A stretch of DNA of 64,000 nucleotides. Origin: Thermoplasmata archaeon (GTDB lineage Archaea > Thermoplasmatota > Thermoplasmata > Lutacidiplasmatales > UBA184). The notes beneath the pieces were generated by a model. That model made no database searches. It worked only from the letters and a program-made list of their open reading frames with translations, and was not told the DNA's origin. This document shows, piece after piece, positions 10,083 to 18,751 of this stretch. The position numbers and the translations under genes are program-made. The stretch lies in NCBI GenBank assembly GCA_022750335.1, contig JAKIVX010000002.1, positions 53,442 through 117,441 on the forward strand, in the 5' to 3' direction. How positions within the stretch are numbered: position 1 is the first letter of the stretch; every line of letters begins with the position of its first letter.

Positions 10083-11471
10083 GTGTGGGCTCCGTGGCCC
10101 GTGTCGCTCGCCGGAGCCGCGCTCCCGGCCGAGCCCGATTGGAGCGAGGCGGTCACGGTCCGCGAGGACCCCGACCTCGCCCGCGAGCTCATGTCACGAC
10201 TGCGCCCGACCGGCAGCCCCCGTCGGACGAGCGTCACCGACCTCCTCTCCCTCCGACCGGCCTACTGGCGATTCACCGTCGGGGCCCCGCCCGCCACTCC
10301 CGAACGGGAAGCCATGCTCGAGAGCGGGCGGCGCCTGCACCGCATCCTAGGCCTCGTCTACGCGCCTGAAGGGCAACTCGAGGCCCGAGTACACGACACG
10401 CTCGTCCAGGGACGGATCGATGTGCTCGGGGACCGGCCGATCGAGGTCAAGACCAGTGGGTACGCACCTCCGGCTCGGGACCCGGTGTCGGAGCGACCCG
10501 AGCACGTCGACCAGGTGGCGATGTATTCGACGTTGCTCGGGGTCAACGCGGCCCGCTTGGTCTACTTGCACACGGCCGGGGAAGAGGTCCGGGCCGCGGC
10601 CACCTACGATCTCGAATTCGCCTCGTTGGACCCGATCCGAACGGCGATGGGGGCCCGAGTGCGTTCTCTTACGACCGCGTGCGGCCAAGGTTCGCCGGCG
10701 GGCCTGCCCCGCTGCCCGTGGTTCGCCCGAGGATGCGAGTTCCGGGGCGCCAGCGTCTGTGACTGTACCGGCGATGAGCTGCCGGCGGCGTCGCTGGTCG
10801 CCGACGCAAGCCCCCGGTCGACCCCTCGACCGGAGCTCGCGCGCCTCCTCGAGGACGCCGTGCGGGCTCGGCTCGCCGCCACGCACCCGCCCTCGATCCA
10901 CCGATTCCGCGACCTACTCTATCCACGCCGGGGGTACTTCGATGCCACCGGGCCGCCGGAGCCGTCGCTGGTAACTCCTTACGAGTCGGAAACAGACACC
11001 TACTCTCGCCTCGTGGAGGCGCTCGATACGGGGCCAGTTGGGGAGGCCACGCGCCTGCCGACGCTCGCGGACGAGCCCGACGAGGAAGTGGGGGGATTCC
11101 GAGGAGCGCCCGTCCTGGTGCGAACCTCCCGGGCCTCCCGGCGCCTCGACCCGTCCACGGTGCTCGACCGGTCCCCCCAACATGCGCTCCAGCTGGGGTT
11201 CCGGTGCGTCGCCACGGGCACGAATCTCGCCCGGCTGGTGATGGGCTACGAACGGGCGACGGAGTCCGAGCGTATCCAAGTTCTCGAAATGACGTTCGAC
11301 CCCTCCGCGACGTTCTCCCGGGTTTGGCGCTCGCGCGTCCGCCGGCTGGACGCCGCCCGGACCCGCGGGGACCCCACCACGCTCGACCCGTGTCCCGCGT
11401 GGATGTTCGACGGATGTCCCTACCGGGACCGGTGTGGCTGTGGCTCCACCGCGGGTGCCTCCCAACGGTAG
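10083..11471 (+). CDS. PD-(D/E)XK nuclease paralog with two Cys clusters (Cas4-like, uncharacterized)
   Basis: ...RIDVLGDRPIEVKTSGY... gives the D...EVK core. Cys clusters CGQGSPAGLPRCPWFARGCEFRGASVCDC and CPAWMFDGCPYRDRCGCG. The 3' end overlaps the convergent GNAT gene by about 50 nt. Confidence 0.45.
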   Translation: MWAPWPVSLAGAALPAEPDWSEAVTVREDPDLARELMSRLRPTGSPRRTSVTDLLSLRPAYWRFTVGAPPATPEREAMLESGRRLHRILGLVYAPEGQLEARVHDTLVQGRIDVLGDRPIEVKTSGYAPPARDPVSERPEHVDQVAMYSTLLGVNAARLVYLHTAGEEVRAAATYDLEFASLDPIRTAMGARVRSLTTACGQGSPAGLPRCPWFARGCEFRGASVCDCTGDELPAASLVADASPRSTPRPELARLLEDAVRARLAATHPPSIHRFRDLLYPRRGYFDATGPPEPSLVTPYESETDTYSRLVEALDTGPVGEATRLPTLADEPDEEVGGFRGAPVLVRTSRASRRLDPSTVLDRSPQHALQLGFRCVATGTNLARLVMGYERATESERIQVLEMTFDPSATFSRVWRSRVRRLDAARTRGDPTTLDPCPAWMFDGCPYRDRCGCGSTAGASQR

Positions 11472-12391
11472 ATCCGAGTGGACAGTACTCGCCGGAAACC
11501 CTCCGAATCGTACAATTGGAGGGCTGATGTGTTCGAGGCCGTCACCCAGAGGCGGACCGATTCATATCCCAAACCGACCAACGAGCGCATCGCCCAGCGC
11601 ACGAGGAATCTCCCGAGTCCGCGACGTCGGCGTTCGGGGTCGACCATGATGTCGAGAAAGACCGCTTCCCGCGCCGTCACCTGGGCCGTGAGGATGCCTC
11701 CCACCAACCGCGTCGGGCCTTCCTCGAGCAACGCCGTGGAGGCCGGATCGAGGAACAGACCGAGCCCGTTGTCCAAGAGCCCCGTGAGCACTCGAGCGTA
11801 CTCTTCGACGGATCCTCCGACCAACAAGTCATCGGTCGTGCTTTGGAACGACCGCCAGTCGAGGTCCGCGAGGGCCTCCATCGTCACGTCCCGGATGGGA
11901 ACCCGTACCACGCCACCGGGCGGGGACGTCGGTGCCTTCGTATCGTCCGGCCGCAGCGCCCGGACCATGGCGTGTCGCTCGATCACGAGTGACCCCGGAC
12001 GCCGGAGGGACTCGAGGGCCCGCTCTTCTGCTTCCACGGTCAGTCCGGTGAATCCCACGCTGACCGAACGGGCGGAGCCGGACAAACCCTCGACCAGCGA
12101 TTGGGCGAGAGCGACGGTCCGGGCCTCGTCCGCACAGTGTACGTGGCCCCACGCTCGGGTCCCTCGGAGGTTCCCGAACGCGATTCCACCGGAGGGGGAC
12201 CCCGGAGAGTAGAACCAGCCCGGTTGCCGGCCCGCCCGCAAGTCCTCCGCAGCGGTCTCGACCCAATTTCCCTGGAAGTCCTCGCCCCGAAGCACGAGCT
12301 CCTTGCGGACCGCCTGCACGAGTTCGAGCAACTCGTCCACGGAGGCGGCCGTGGCCGGGCGCGGGCTCTCGATGGCGGGGGCGGAGGTCAC
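11420..12391 (-). CDS. GNAT family N-acetyltransferase (tandem or extended GNAT)
   Basis: C-terminal acetyl-CoA binding motif ...RRRGLGRFLVRWAMRSL...GYESVRLWVTASNTSALQLYDSEGFRRV.... The 4-nt stop/start overlap with prs supports an operon. Confidence 0.6.
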   Translation of the reverse strand: MTSAPAIESPRPATAASVDELLELVQAVRKELVLRGEDFQGNWVETAAEDLRAGRQPGWFYSPGSPSGGIAFGNLRGTRAWGHVHCADEARTVALAQSLVEGLSGSARSVSVGFTGLTVEAEERALESLRRPGSLVIERHAMVRALRPDDTKAPTSPPGGVVRVPIRDVTMEALADLDWRSFQSTTDDLLVGGSVEEYARVLTGLLDNGLGLFLDPASTALLEEGPTRLVGGILTAQVTAREAVFLDIMVDPERRRRGLGRFLVRWAMRSLVGLGYESVRLWVTASNTSALQLYDSEGFRRVLSTRIYRWEAPAVEPQPHRSR

Positions 12392-13266
12392 GGGGCCGGG
12401 AGCTCGGCGCGGAGGATCTCGGCGATATCGGGGGCGACGGAGGCCTTCTCCGCGGCATTCCCCAGGGTATCGGTCGAGTAGACCTCGTCAGTGACGGCCT
12501 TGATGCGTTCGAAGGCGTCCTTGAGGAACAGTCCGTGGGTGCAGGCCGCGCTGATCGCGCCGGCGCCCCGCTTGTGGAGGAGCTTGGCCGCCTCGACGAT
12601 CGTGCCGCCAGTGGTGATGACGTCGTCCACCAGGACCAGGTGCTTCCCCTCGAGCGGGATCGGGACCTCGGCGGGCATCCGCAGTTCGACATGCTCGCTA
12701 TCGATCCGTTTCTTGTCCAGGGCGAACCAGGGTTTCTCGAGGAGGGTGGCCATCCGGCGCACGCGATCGACCCCGCCCTTGTCCGGAGAGACCAGGAGGT
12801 CGATGGGGCGCTCGCGCAGGAGTCGGGCGATCGCCGGGATCCCGGACGCCTCGAACGCCGGTTTGGTGAAATTGCGCAGGATCTCCGGCGAGTGCAGGTC
12901 GACCATGACCACGGCGTCCGCTCCAAGCTCTACGTGGCGGCTCAGTGCGCGCGCACTCAGTGGCTCGCCCGGGAAGAACCGTCGGTCCTGCCGTGCGTAG
13001 CCGAAATACGGGACGACGGCGACGACCTTCCGAGCCCCCGCCTCCCGTACGGCGTCTTCGAGCAAGAACAGCTCCAACAGGTCGGCGTCCGTGCGGGTCG
13101 ACTGGACGATGACGACATCCTCGCCCTCGAGCCGACCGCCGACCCGGACATACATCTCCCCATCGGGGAATCGCTTGGTGAACGGGATGCCGAACGGAGC
13201 GTTCGAGAGTTCGCGTGAGATCCGCTCGGCGAGAGCGGTCGAGGCCGTCCCTCCGATGACGTGCAC
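12388..13266 (-). CDS. prs: Ribose-phosphate pyrophosphokinase (PRPP synthetase)
   Basis: ...FPDGEMYVRV..., PRPP-binding loop ...LVLVDDVITTGGTIVEAAKLL..., ...YFGYARQDRR.... Confidence 0.9.
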   Translation of the reverse strand: MHVIGGTASTALAERISRELSNAPFGIPFTKRFPDGEMYVRVGGRLEGEDVVIVQSTRTDADLLELFLLEDAVREAGARKVVAVVPYFGYARQDRRFFPGEPLSARALSRHVELGADAVVMVDLHSPEILRNFTKPAFEASGIPAIARLLRERPIDLLVSPDKGGVDRVRRMATLLEKPWFALDKKRIDSEHVELRMPAEVPIPLEGKHLVLVDDVITTGGTIVEAAKLLHKRGAGAISAACTHGLFLKDAFERIKAVTDEVYSTDTLGNAAEKASVAPDIAEILRAELPAP

Positions 13267-13323
13267 GTGCGAGAACCCCCGGGGACCGGACCGGGGCGGG
13301 GACTAAAGCGTTGCCCGCTCGTG

Positions 13324-14661
13324 CTAGAGTTCTTCGTCCTCCGGGTCGGGCCGCTTCGACTTCGACGCCCGATGGACCTTGGGAGGAGGGCGTCCGCGGT
13401 GCACCCGAGTCTTGGAGGGGGCAGCGGCCTTCGCGCCGGTCCGGTGGACGGGAGGGGCCGAGGCACCGTCGTCGTCCTCCTCCGCCTCATCCTTCGAGGC
13501 GCCCCAGGGACGCAAGGATCGGAGGAAATGCCGGGCCCGAGAGGCATTTCCCTCGGGGAGATCCTCGACCTCCTCCTCTTCGTCTTCTTCCGCCTTTCGT
13601 CGAGGGTCCTCGATGCCCTCCACGCGAAGCGCGTAGTGGAGGCCGAACGCGAGGAGGATGATCCCCGCCACGGAGAGGCCGAGGAACTGCCAGGATTGCG
13701 GGGGGACCTCCCCGGTCGTGCTGCTGCCTTCGATCCAGAGTTTGAGGGCGCCGACCCACGGGATCATCCCGCGGGCGACCCCGATGACCCACCCCGGCTC
13801 GACCAATTGACTCAACTGGAATCCAGCGGACTGGTCGTACGTCCCCTGCCCGCCACCGATGTTGTTGTCGCCCATCGTGATGTAGCCGGAGTGTTCGCCG
13901 AGCAGCGAGGGTTGCAGCGCGATGCTGACATTCACATCGGCCCATCCGATGTGGAACAGGTCGAGGGTCGACTTGAGGTCGGTCGTACCGCAATCGTTGA
14001 TGACCCCGGCTCGGGTCGTGGTTCCCGGAGTGGCGTAGACCGCCCCGGAGGCGTTGCCGCACGGTCGTCCCGCGAGGCCGTAGGCAGTGTATCCGCCCAC
14101 GCTCGGCACCCATTGCAGGAAGATGATCGCCCGATGGATGACGGGCGTTCCGGCGGCTCCGTTCGGAGCATAGAGTAGGACATCCCCAAATTCTCCGTAC
14201 GTGCTGTACCCGTTCTGTTGCGCCACGACGTACGGCTGGATCGTGGAATTCGGCACCTTCTGGGCGAGCACGAGGTCGCCGGTGTTGATGTCCCCCAGCA
14301 CGTCCGAACTCCCGTGCTGCATGCTCATGGACTCCACCACGTAGACCGGGGGCCAGTTCTGGGTGAAGGCGAACAGGCAGACCACGAGGAGGATCACGAT
14401 CGCGAGCGCCACCAGGGGCGCGAAGTACAACGAATCTCGCGCCCGCCAGAAGATCCGGGGGCGAGCGCTCTCGTCCTTCTCGGATGAGGCTGGATCCGGT
14501 TCGGTCCCTCCCTCCCGCGACCAACCCCGAATGGGCCGCGGTCGACCCCGGGCGGGGGTTGGGCGGCCGGTCCTCTTCCTCGATCGGCGGGGAGGTCCGT
14601 CGTCCTCCGCGTCGTCCAGTTCCGCCTCGTCCTCGTCGGACGAGTCGGTCCGTCGGGCCAT
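13324..14661 (-). CDS. Archaeal signal peptidase I (Sec11/S26B-type), with charged N- and C-terminal extensions and a large insertion
   Basis: After the TM helix, VVESMSMQHGSSDVLGDINTGDLVL aligns to the Sec11 box VVxSGSMEP...GD (catalytic Ser). PVIHRAII is the His box, and the GDNN box is present. An Asp/Glu-rich N-terminus, a second TM and a KR/DE-rich C-terminal tail flank the catalytic region. Confidence 0.6.
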   Translation of the reverse strand: MARRTDSSDEDEAELDDAEDDGPPRRSRKRTGRPTPARGRPRPIRGWSREGGTEPDPASSEKDESARPRIFWRARDSLYFAPLVALAIVILLVVCLFAFTQNWPPVYVVESMSMQHGSSDVLGDINTGDLVLAQKVPNSTIQPYVVAQQNGYSTYGEFGDVLLYAPNGAAGTPVIHRAIIFLQWVPSVGGYTAYGLAGRPCGNASGAVYATPGTTTRAGVINDCGTTDLKSTLDLFHIGWADVNVSIALQPSLLGEHSGYITMGDNNIGGGQGTYDQSAGFQLSQLVEPGWVIGVARGMIPWVGALKLWIEGSSTTGEVPPQSWQFLGLSVAGIILLAFGLHYALRVEGIEDPRRKAEEDEEEEVEDLPEGNASRARHFLRSLRPWGASKDEAEEDDDGASAPPVHRTGAKAAAPSKTRVHRGRPPPKVHRASKSKRPDPEDEEL

Positions 14662-14795
14662 GCCTCGCCCTTCGGGCGGGCCCCCATAACCCTTCGGCTC
14701 GACCGGTACTTCCGGGGGCCGAGCTCCTCTCGTGAGGAAGCGAACGCTTATGGTTCGCTCCCCCGAGAACCGACCGGAACCACGGTGCGCTCTCC

Positions 14796-15425
14796 ATGCG
14801 ACGGATCGACCTCTCGATGCCTCTCCGACCGGGAATGCCGACCTTCCCGGGGGACGTTCCGTTCCGGGTCGAACGGTCTACGTCCCTCGAAAAGGGAGAC
14901 CCCTACAACCTCTCGCAGCTCTTCCTGGGCTCGCACTCGGGAACTCACCTCGACCCTCCCCTCCACTTCCTCCCGGGCGGATCCCCGGTCGACCTCCTCG
15001 ACCTCGCGGTTCTGAACGGGCCGTGCCGCGTCGTGGAAGTGCGGCCGGGCGCCTCCCGCATCGGTCTCGAAGATCTACCGGCCTTCCCTTCGGGAACGCA
15101 CCGGATCCTCTTCCGAACGACCAACTCTGCACGATGGGCACGGGGGGAGGGGTTTTTTCCGGATTACGTCGCCCTGACCCTCCCCGCGGCCCGGGAGTTG
15201 ATCGAGCGCGGCATCCGGCTCGTGGGGATCGACGCGCTGTCGATCGAGTCGGACCCCACCGAGAAGTACCCGGTGCACCACGCGCTGCTCGGAGCGGGGA
15301 TCCCGATTCTCGAAGGGCTCCTCCTCCAGGACGCTCCGCCGGGCGTGCACGAGCTGGAATGCCTCCCCCTTCGCATCGTGGACGGAGACGGGGGCCCGGC
15401 ACGGGCGATCCTCCGCGTGGACTAG
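14796..15425 (+). CDS. Cyclase-family protein (kynurenine formamidase-like, PF04199)
   Basis: ...LGSHSGTHLDPPLHF... metal-binding motif and ...RLVGIDALSIE.... Length about 209 aa, typical of the family. Confidence 0.7.
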   Translation: MRRIDLSMPLRPGMPTFPGDVPFRVERSTSLEKGDPYNLSQLFLGSHSGTHLDPPLHFLPGGSPVDLLDLAVLNGPCRVVEVRPGASRIGLEDLPAFPSGTHRILFRTTNSARWARGEGFFPDYVALTLPAARELIERGIRLVGIDALSIESDPTEKYPVHHALLGAGIPILEGLLLQDAPPGVHELECLPLRIVDGDGGPARAILRVD

Positions 15426-15434
15426 GTACCGTCG

Positions 15435-15866
15435 ATGGGACTGTCGCCGCCCGGTTCGGGACCCTACGACCTCTCGCTCGCGACCGCGGGGTTCCTCGTC
15501 CTCGCCATCAGCTTGTGCCTCTTCGTGGTGATGTTCTTCGTGCTCCGGAATTACCACCCCAATCGAAAGCGAGGACTCGAGGGGTACCTCGAGGGGGCCG
15601 GCGTCAGCCTCATCTTCCTCATCCTGGGGTTCGCTCTGGTCGTCGCCCTCGTCATACACGACCCCCGCGGCAACAAGACCTCGTACGCCCTGTACACCAC
15701 CGTCCTCACAGGATACTGGCTGGCGTTCGCGATCCCGGTCGTGACGGTGGCGAGCTCGATCCAGGCGCGTTCGCGAGGGGCGATCGCGTGGCTGCTCCCC
15801 TCGATGCTCGTCGCGGCCCTGATGTTCGTCGGGCTGTTCGGGTACTACTACCTGGCTCCCGCCTAG
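15435..15866 (+). CDS. Integral membrane protein, hypothetical (4 TM)
   Basis: Four hydrophobic helices and a positive-inside pattern. No homolog recognised. Confidence 0.4.
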   Translation: MGLSPPGSGPYDLSLATAGFLVLAISLCLFVVMFFVLRNYHPNRKRGLEGYLEGAGVSLIFLILGFALVVALVIHDPRGNKTSYALYTTVLTGYWLAFAIPVVTVASSIQARSRGAIAWLLPSMLVAALMFVGLFGYYYLAPA

Positions 15867-15876
15867 GTGGACCCCG

Positions 15877-16059
15877 TCAGTCCCGTTCCCCGGGCGGCAG
15901 GAGGTCGGGGATGCCGTCCGAGATCGGGTAATCGACGTGGCAGGCCCCGCAGGTGAGCGTCCCGTCGAGGATCTCCTCCCCCTCGGACCGTCCGGCGGTC
16001 AACCGCAACTCGCCGCGGCAGACCGGGCAGCGCAGGATCTCGAGCAGGTCGGGCCTCAC
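15877..16059 (-). CDS. Trm112-like zinc-ribbon protein (DUF343)
   Basis: 60 aa with a GTG start. LLEILRCPVCRGEL...LTCGACHVDYPISDGIPDLL is the Trm112/YcaR CPxC...CxxC...GIP signature. The start overlaps the aIF2-gamma stop (GTGA). Confidence 0.55.
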   Translation of the reverse strand: MRPDLLEILRCPVCRGELRLTAGRSEGEEILDGTLTCGACHVDYPISDGIPDLLPPGERD

Positions 16060-17288
16060 TTCCCACCGCCTTCCACGATCCCGTAGCCGATGAGCCGCCA
16101 GGCGTTCAGTTTCCGCGAGATCGCGACCCGGCTCCCGGGAAACACCGTAACGGACCGGTTGAGCGCGAGCTCGACGTCGTCCCCGCGGGCGCTCGTGACC
16201 TTGCCGGCGGCGATCGTGGTCCCCACCGTGACGGCGAGGACCTCGCTCGTCCGGATCTTTTCCACCTTGATCTCGCGCTGGGCGCCGAGGACGCGATCGA
16301 GGAGGGTCGCATGCAGCCGCATCTTCTGGCTCACCGGTGGAAGCGTTCCGGCGGTCCCGACGAGACGACCGGTGAGTCCGTCCCCCTTCGCGAGGGACGG
16401 GTCGAGGCTCGTCCCGAGCGCGGCGAGACCGCCCGGATGGAGCTCGTCCCATTCCTGACCGCCGGAAATGATCGACGTAACTTTGGTATGCAGGGACTCC
16501 GCGTGAGACCCCGTTCCCGATTGGGGGCCGGGGCGGATCTCGATCTCCTCTCCGACTTTGAGGTGACCTTGGATGAGGGAGCCCCCGAGGACCCCTCCCT
16601 TGAGCTCCGCCGGCCGAGTGCCGGGTCGGTTGATATCGAAGGAGCGGGCGACGTACATGAGGGGCGGCTTTTTCGGGTCCCGAACCGGGGTCGGGATCGT
16701 CTCTTCGATCGCCCCGATCAGCGCGTCGATGTTGACCCGGTGGTTCGCGCTGACCGGGACCACTGGTGCCGACGCGACGGGGGAGTCCTTCAAGAAATCC
16801 ACGATCTCCCGGTAGTTCTGTTCGGCCTGCTCGCTCGTCAGGAGGTCGATCTTGTTCTGGACGACGACGACCTTGCGCACGCCGATGATGTCGAGCGCAT
16901 ACAGGTGCTCACGAGTCTGCGGTTGCGGCACCGTCTCGTTCGCTGCGACGAGGAGGAGCGCCCCGTCCATGATCGCAGCACCGGAGAGCATGGTCTCCAT
17001 CAGCGTCTCGTGACCGGGAGCATCCACGAACGACACGGCCCGCAGGAACTTTGATTTCCCCCCCTCGGGGCAGTCCGGAGAGTTGCTGTAACCGAGGGAG
17101 TCCGCCGTTTCAGGACACTTGTAGAAGGCCGCGTCGGCGTAGCCGAGCTTGATCGAAATGCCGCGTTTCAACTCTTCGGAGTGGCGGTCAGTCCACTCGC
17201 CGGTCAGTGCTTGGGTGAGGGTGGTCTTGCCGTGGTCTACGTGGCCAACCAGGCCGATATTGACTTCGGGTTGTCGAGGGACCTTCAT
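16056..17288 (-). CDS. eif2g: Translation initiation factor 2 subunit gamma (aIF2-gamma)
   Basis: GLVGHVDHGKTTL G1 motif, ...DAPGHE..., NKID G4, domain II/III conservation, and a length of 410 aa. The Zn-knuckle region keeps only 2 Cys (CPETADSLGYSNSPDCPEGG). Confidence 0.9.
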   Translation of the reverse strand: MKVPRQPEVNIGLVGHVDHGKTTLTQALTGEWTDRHSEELKRGISIKLGYADAAFYKCPETADSLGYSNSPDCPEGGKSKFLRAVSFVDAPGHETLMETMLSGAAIMDGALLLVAANETVPQPQTREHLYALDIIGVRKVVVVQNKIDLLTSEQAEQNYREIVDFLKDSPVASAPVVPVSANHRVNIDALIGAIEETIPTPVRDPKKPPLMYVARSFDINRPGTRPAELKGGVLGGSLIQGHLKVGEEIEIRPGPQSGTGSHAESLHTKVTSIISGGQEWDELHPGGLAALGTSLDPSLAKGDGLTGRLVGTAGTLPPVSQKMRLHATLLDRVLGAQREIKVEKIRTSEVLAVTVGTTIAAGKVTSARGDDVELALNRSVTVFPGSRVAISRKLNAWRLIGYGIVEGGGK

Positions 17289-17662
17289 GACGCAGCGAGG
17301 AGCTCCGCGAGGGGCTTCCCGCCCTTCTGCTCGACCACGAGGTTGATCTGAACCGTATCCTCGCTGATCGTGTTGCCGCGGAACGTCCGGCGCTTTCGCA
17401 TTCCCAGCCGAGGGGCCTCGAATCCGAATCCGTCACCCACGTAGAGGCGGAGCTGTCGGGCACCCGGAAGACCGGGCCGCAGTGGGAAACCGCTCTTGTC
17501 CGTGCCTCCGGTGATGCGGAAGGTGTATCCCGAAGCGCCGATCAATTCACCGCCGACCGTCTCCCCGATGCGTTTGCCCAGGAATCCGGCGGCTTGCGGA
17601 TCGGTCACCGTGCGCGCGATCGAAAGGGCGCGCTCCGAGATGACCAGCTTGTATTCGACCAT
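17285..17662 (-). CDS. rps6e: 30S ribosomal protein S6e
   Basis: MVEYKLVISE...GFPLRPG...MRKRRTFRGNTISEDTVQINLVVEQKG matches S6e end to end. A TTTAAATAG box sits about 35 nt upstream. Confidence 0.85.
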   Translation of the reverse strand: MVEYKLVISERALSIARTVTDPQAAGFLGKRIGETVGGELIGASGYTFRITGGTDKSGFPLRPGLPGARQLRLYVGDGFGFEAPRLGMRKRRTFRGNTISEDTVQINLVVEQKGGKPLAELLAAS

Positions 17663-17694
17663 CCATCCTCAGGTGCGGCGCGCGACCGATACGT

Positions 17695-17705
17695 CCTTTA
17701 AATAG
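17695..17705 (-). promoter_or_regulatory. TATA-like box (CTATTTAAAGG on the minus strand) about 35 nt upstream of rps6e
   Basis: The TTTAAATA core is the only AT-rich stretch in the 17663-17697 intergenic region. Confidence 0.4.
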
Positions 17706-18645
17706 CTTGTGCGAGCCGTTCCAGCGGCGAGTCGAGCAAGGCCACTCCGGAAAGGGAGCTTCCCAGCCCCGCGGCACAGTTGACCGGGCCGGAGGAGTTG
17801 GTTAGCACCGACCCCGTGCCGGAAACGGTCGCATTGAACGCGGCACCGGTCTCGTTGATGGGATAGGGCAGCGGGCAGGAGGTGTCGGCCACCTCCCAGA
17901 GCGGAGAGCTGGTGATGACCGAGTAACTGACCCCTCCCACTCCGGCGAAGATCTGCGCCGCCCCCGGGTGGTCGTCGAGGAAGGCAGCCCCGCCCGAGGC
18001 GTTGGCCGCGGCGACCAGGGCCGGGGAGTCCACCTCAGTTGACGGGAAGTCGTCGAGCGAGACCGAGCTCCCGAGGCACGTGCCCGCGGTGAGCGAGAAG
18101 AGGGCGGTGGGGATCCCGAGGTCGACCGAGACCAGGAGGAGGGTTCCGCTCCCGTCCGAGAAACCGAACAGCCAGAACGCCGCGTGCCCGGCCGGGGTTG
18201 AGGTTGGGGTCGCGTCGACGGTCAGATCGGACGGAAGCCCGGGGAGGACGGACAGCGAACAGTTGGACGTGAGATTGCTGAGAGAGGTGAGATTCGCCAG
18301 CGGCAACGCCAAGCTGGACCCGATGCGAACTCCGGCGGCCAGCTCCGCGCTCCACGTCCCCGACTCGGCATGGGAGGCGGCGATCCCCGCCACCGACTCG
18401 GATTCGGAGAAAGTGGAGTATGTTTCGGTTGTGGTTCCGGCTGGCTTGGGGGCGAGGGAGGCCGCTACGGCGAGGACGGCCACGATGACCACGGTTGCCA
18501 CCACGATCGCCACGACCGGTACGAACCACCGACGGTTCCGCAACGGGACGGGGGGCGAGGCGGACGGCGCAGTCTGGACCGCCGGCCCGCCCGGAGGCGA
18601 TGAGGGAGATCCTTCGGACGGAAGTGACGGCGTTGACGGGCTCAT
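17698..18645 (-). CDS. Secreted or membrane-anchored sequon-rich protein, hypothetical
   Basis: Start at the internal ATG (complement of 18643..18645); the upstream 88 codons of the track ORF are low-complexity and would overlap the divergent peptidase gene. Pro/Ser-rich N-terminus, one TM, then a Gly/Ser/Thr/Ala-rich ectodomain with many N-X-S/T sequons (NLTS, NCS, NAS, NET, NAT, NSS). Confidence 0.45.
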   Translation of the reverse strand: MSPSTPSLPSEGSPSSPPGGPAVQTAPSASPPVPLRNRRWFVPVVAIVVATVVIVAVLAVAASLAPKPAGTTTETYSTFSESESVAGIAASHAESGTWSAELAAGVRIGSSLALPLANLTSLSNLTSNCSLSVLPGLPSDLTVDATPTSTPAGHAAFWLFGFSDGSGTLLLVSVDLGIPTALFSLTAGTCLGSSVSLDDFPSTEVDSPALVAAANASGGAAFLDDHPGAAQIFAGVGGVSYSVITSSPLWEVADTSCPLPYPINETGAAFNATVSGTGSVLTNSSGPVNCAAGLGSSLSGVALLDSPLERLAQAI

Positions 18646-18751
18646 CGGTGGACTAGGTCGGAGAGGGTAGAAAACAACCACCGACCCTCGTGCCCGCCCA
18701 GCCTCGGGATTAAGAGGGAGCCGCCTTCTCGCGCGACGGGAGCCAGCGATC

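Noticed and set aside
14661-14796. Inverted repeat GCGAACG-cttatg-GTTCGC downstream of the signal peptidase, as a terminator
   Set aside because: Archaeal terminators are generally oligo-T tracts rather than hairpins, and there is no T-run. Noted only as a possible structure.
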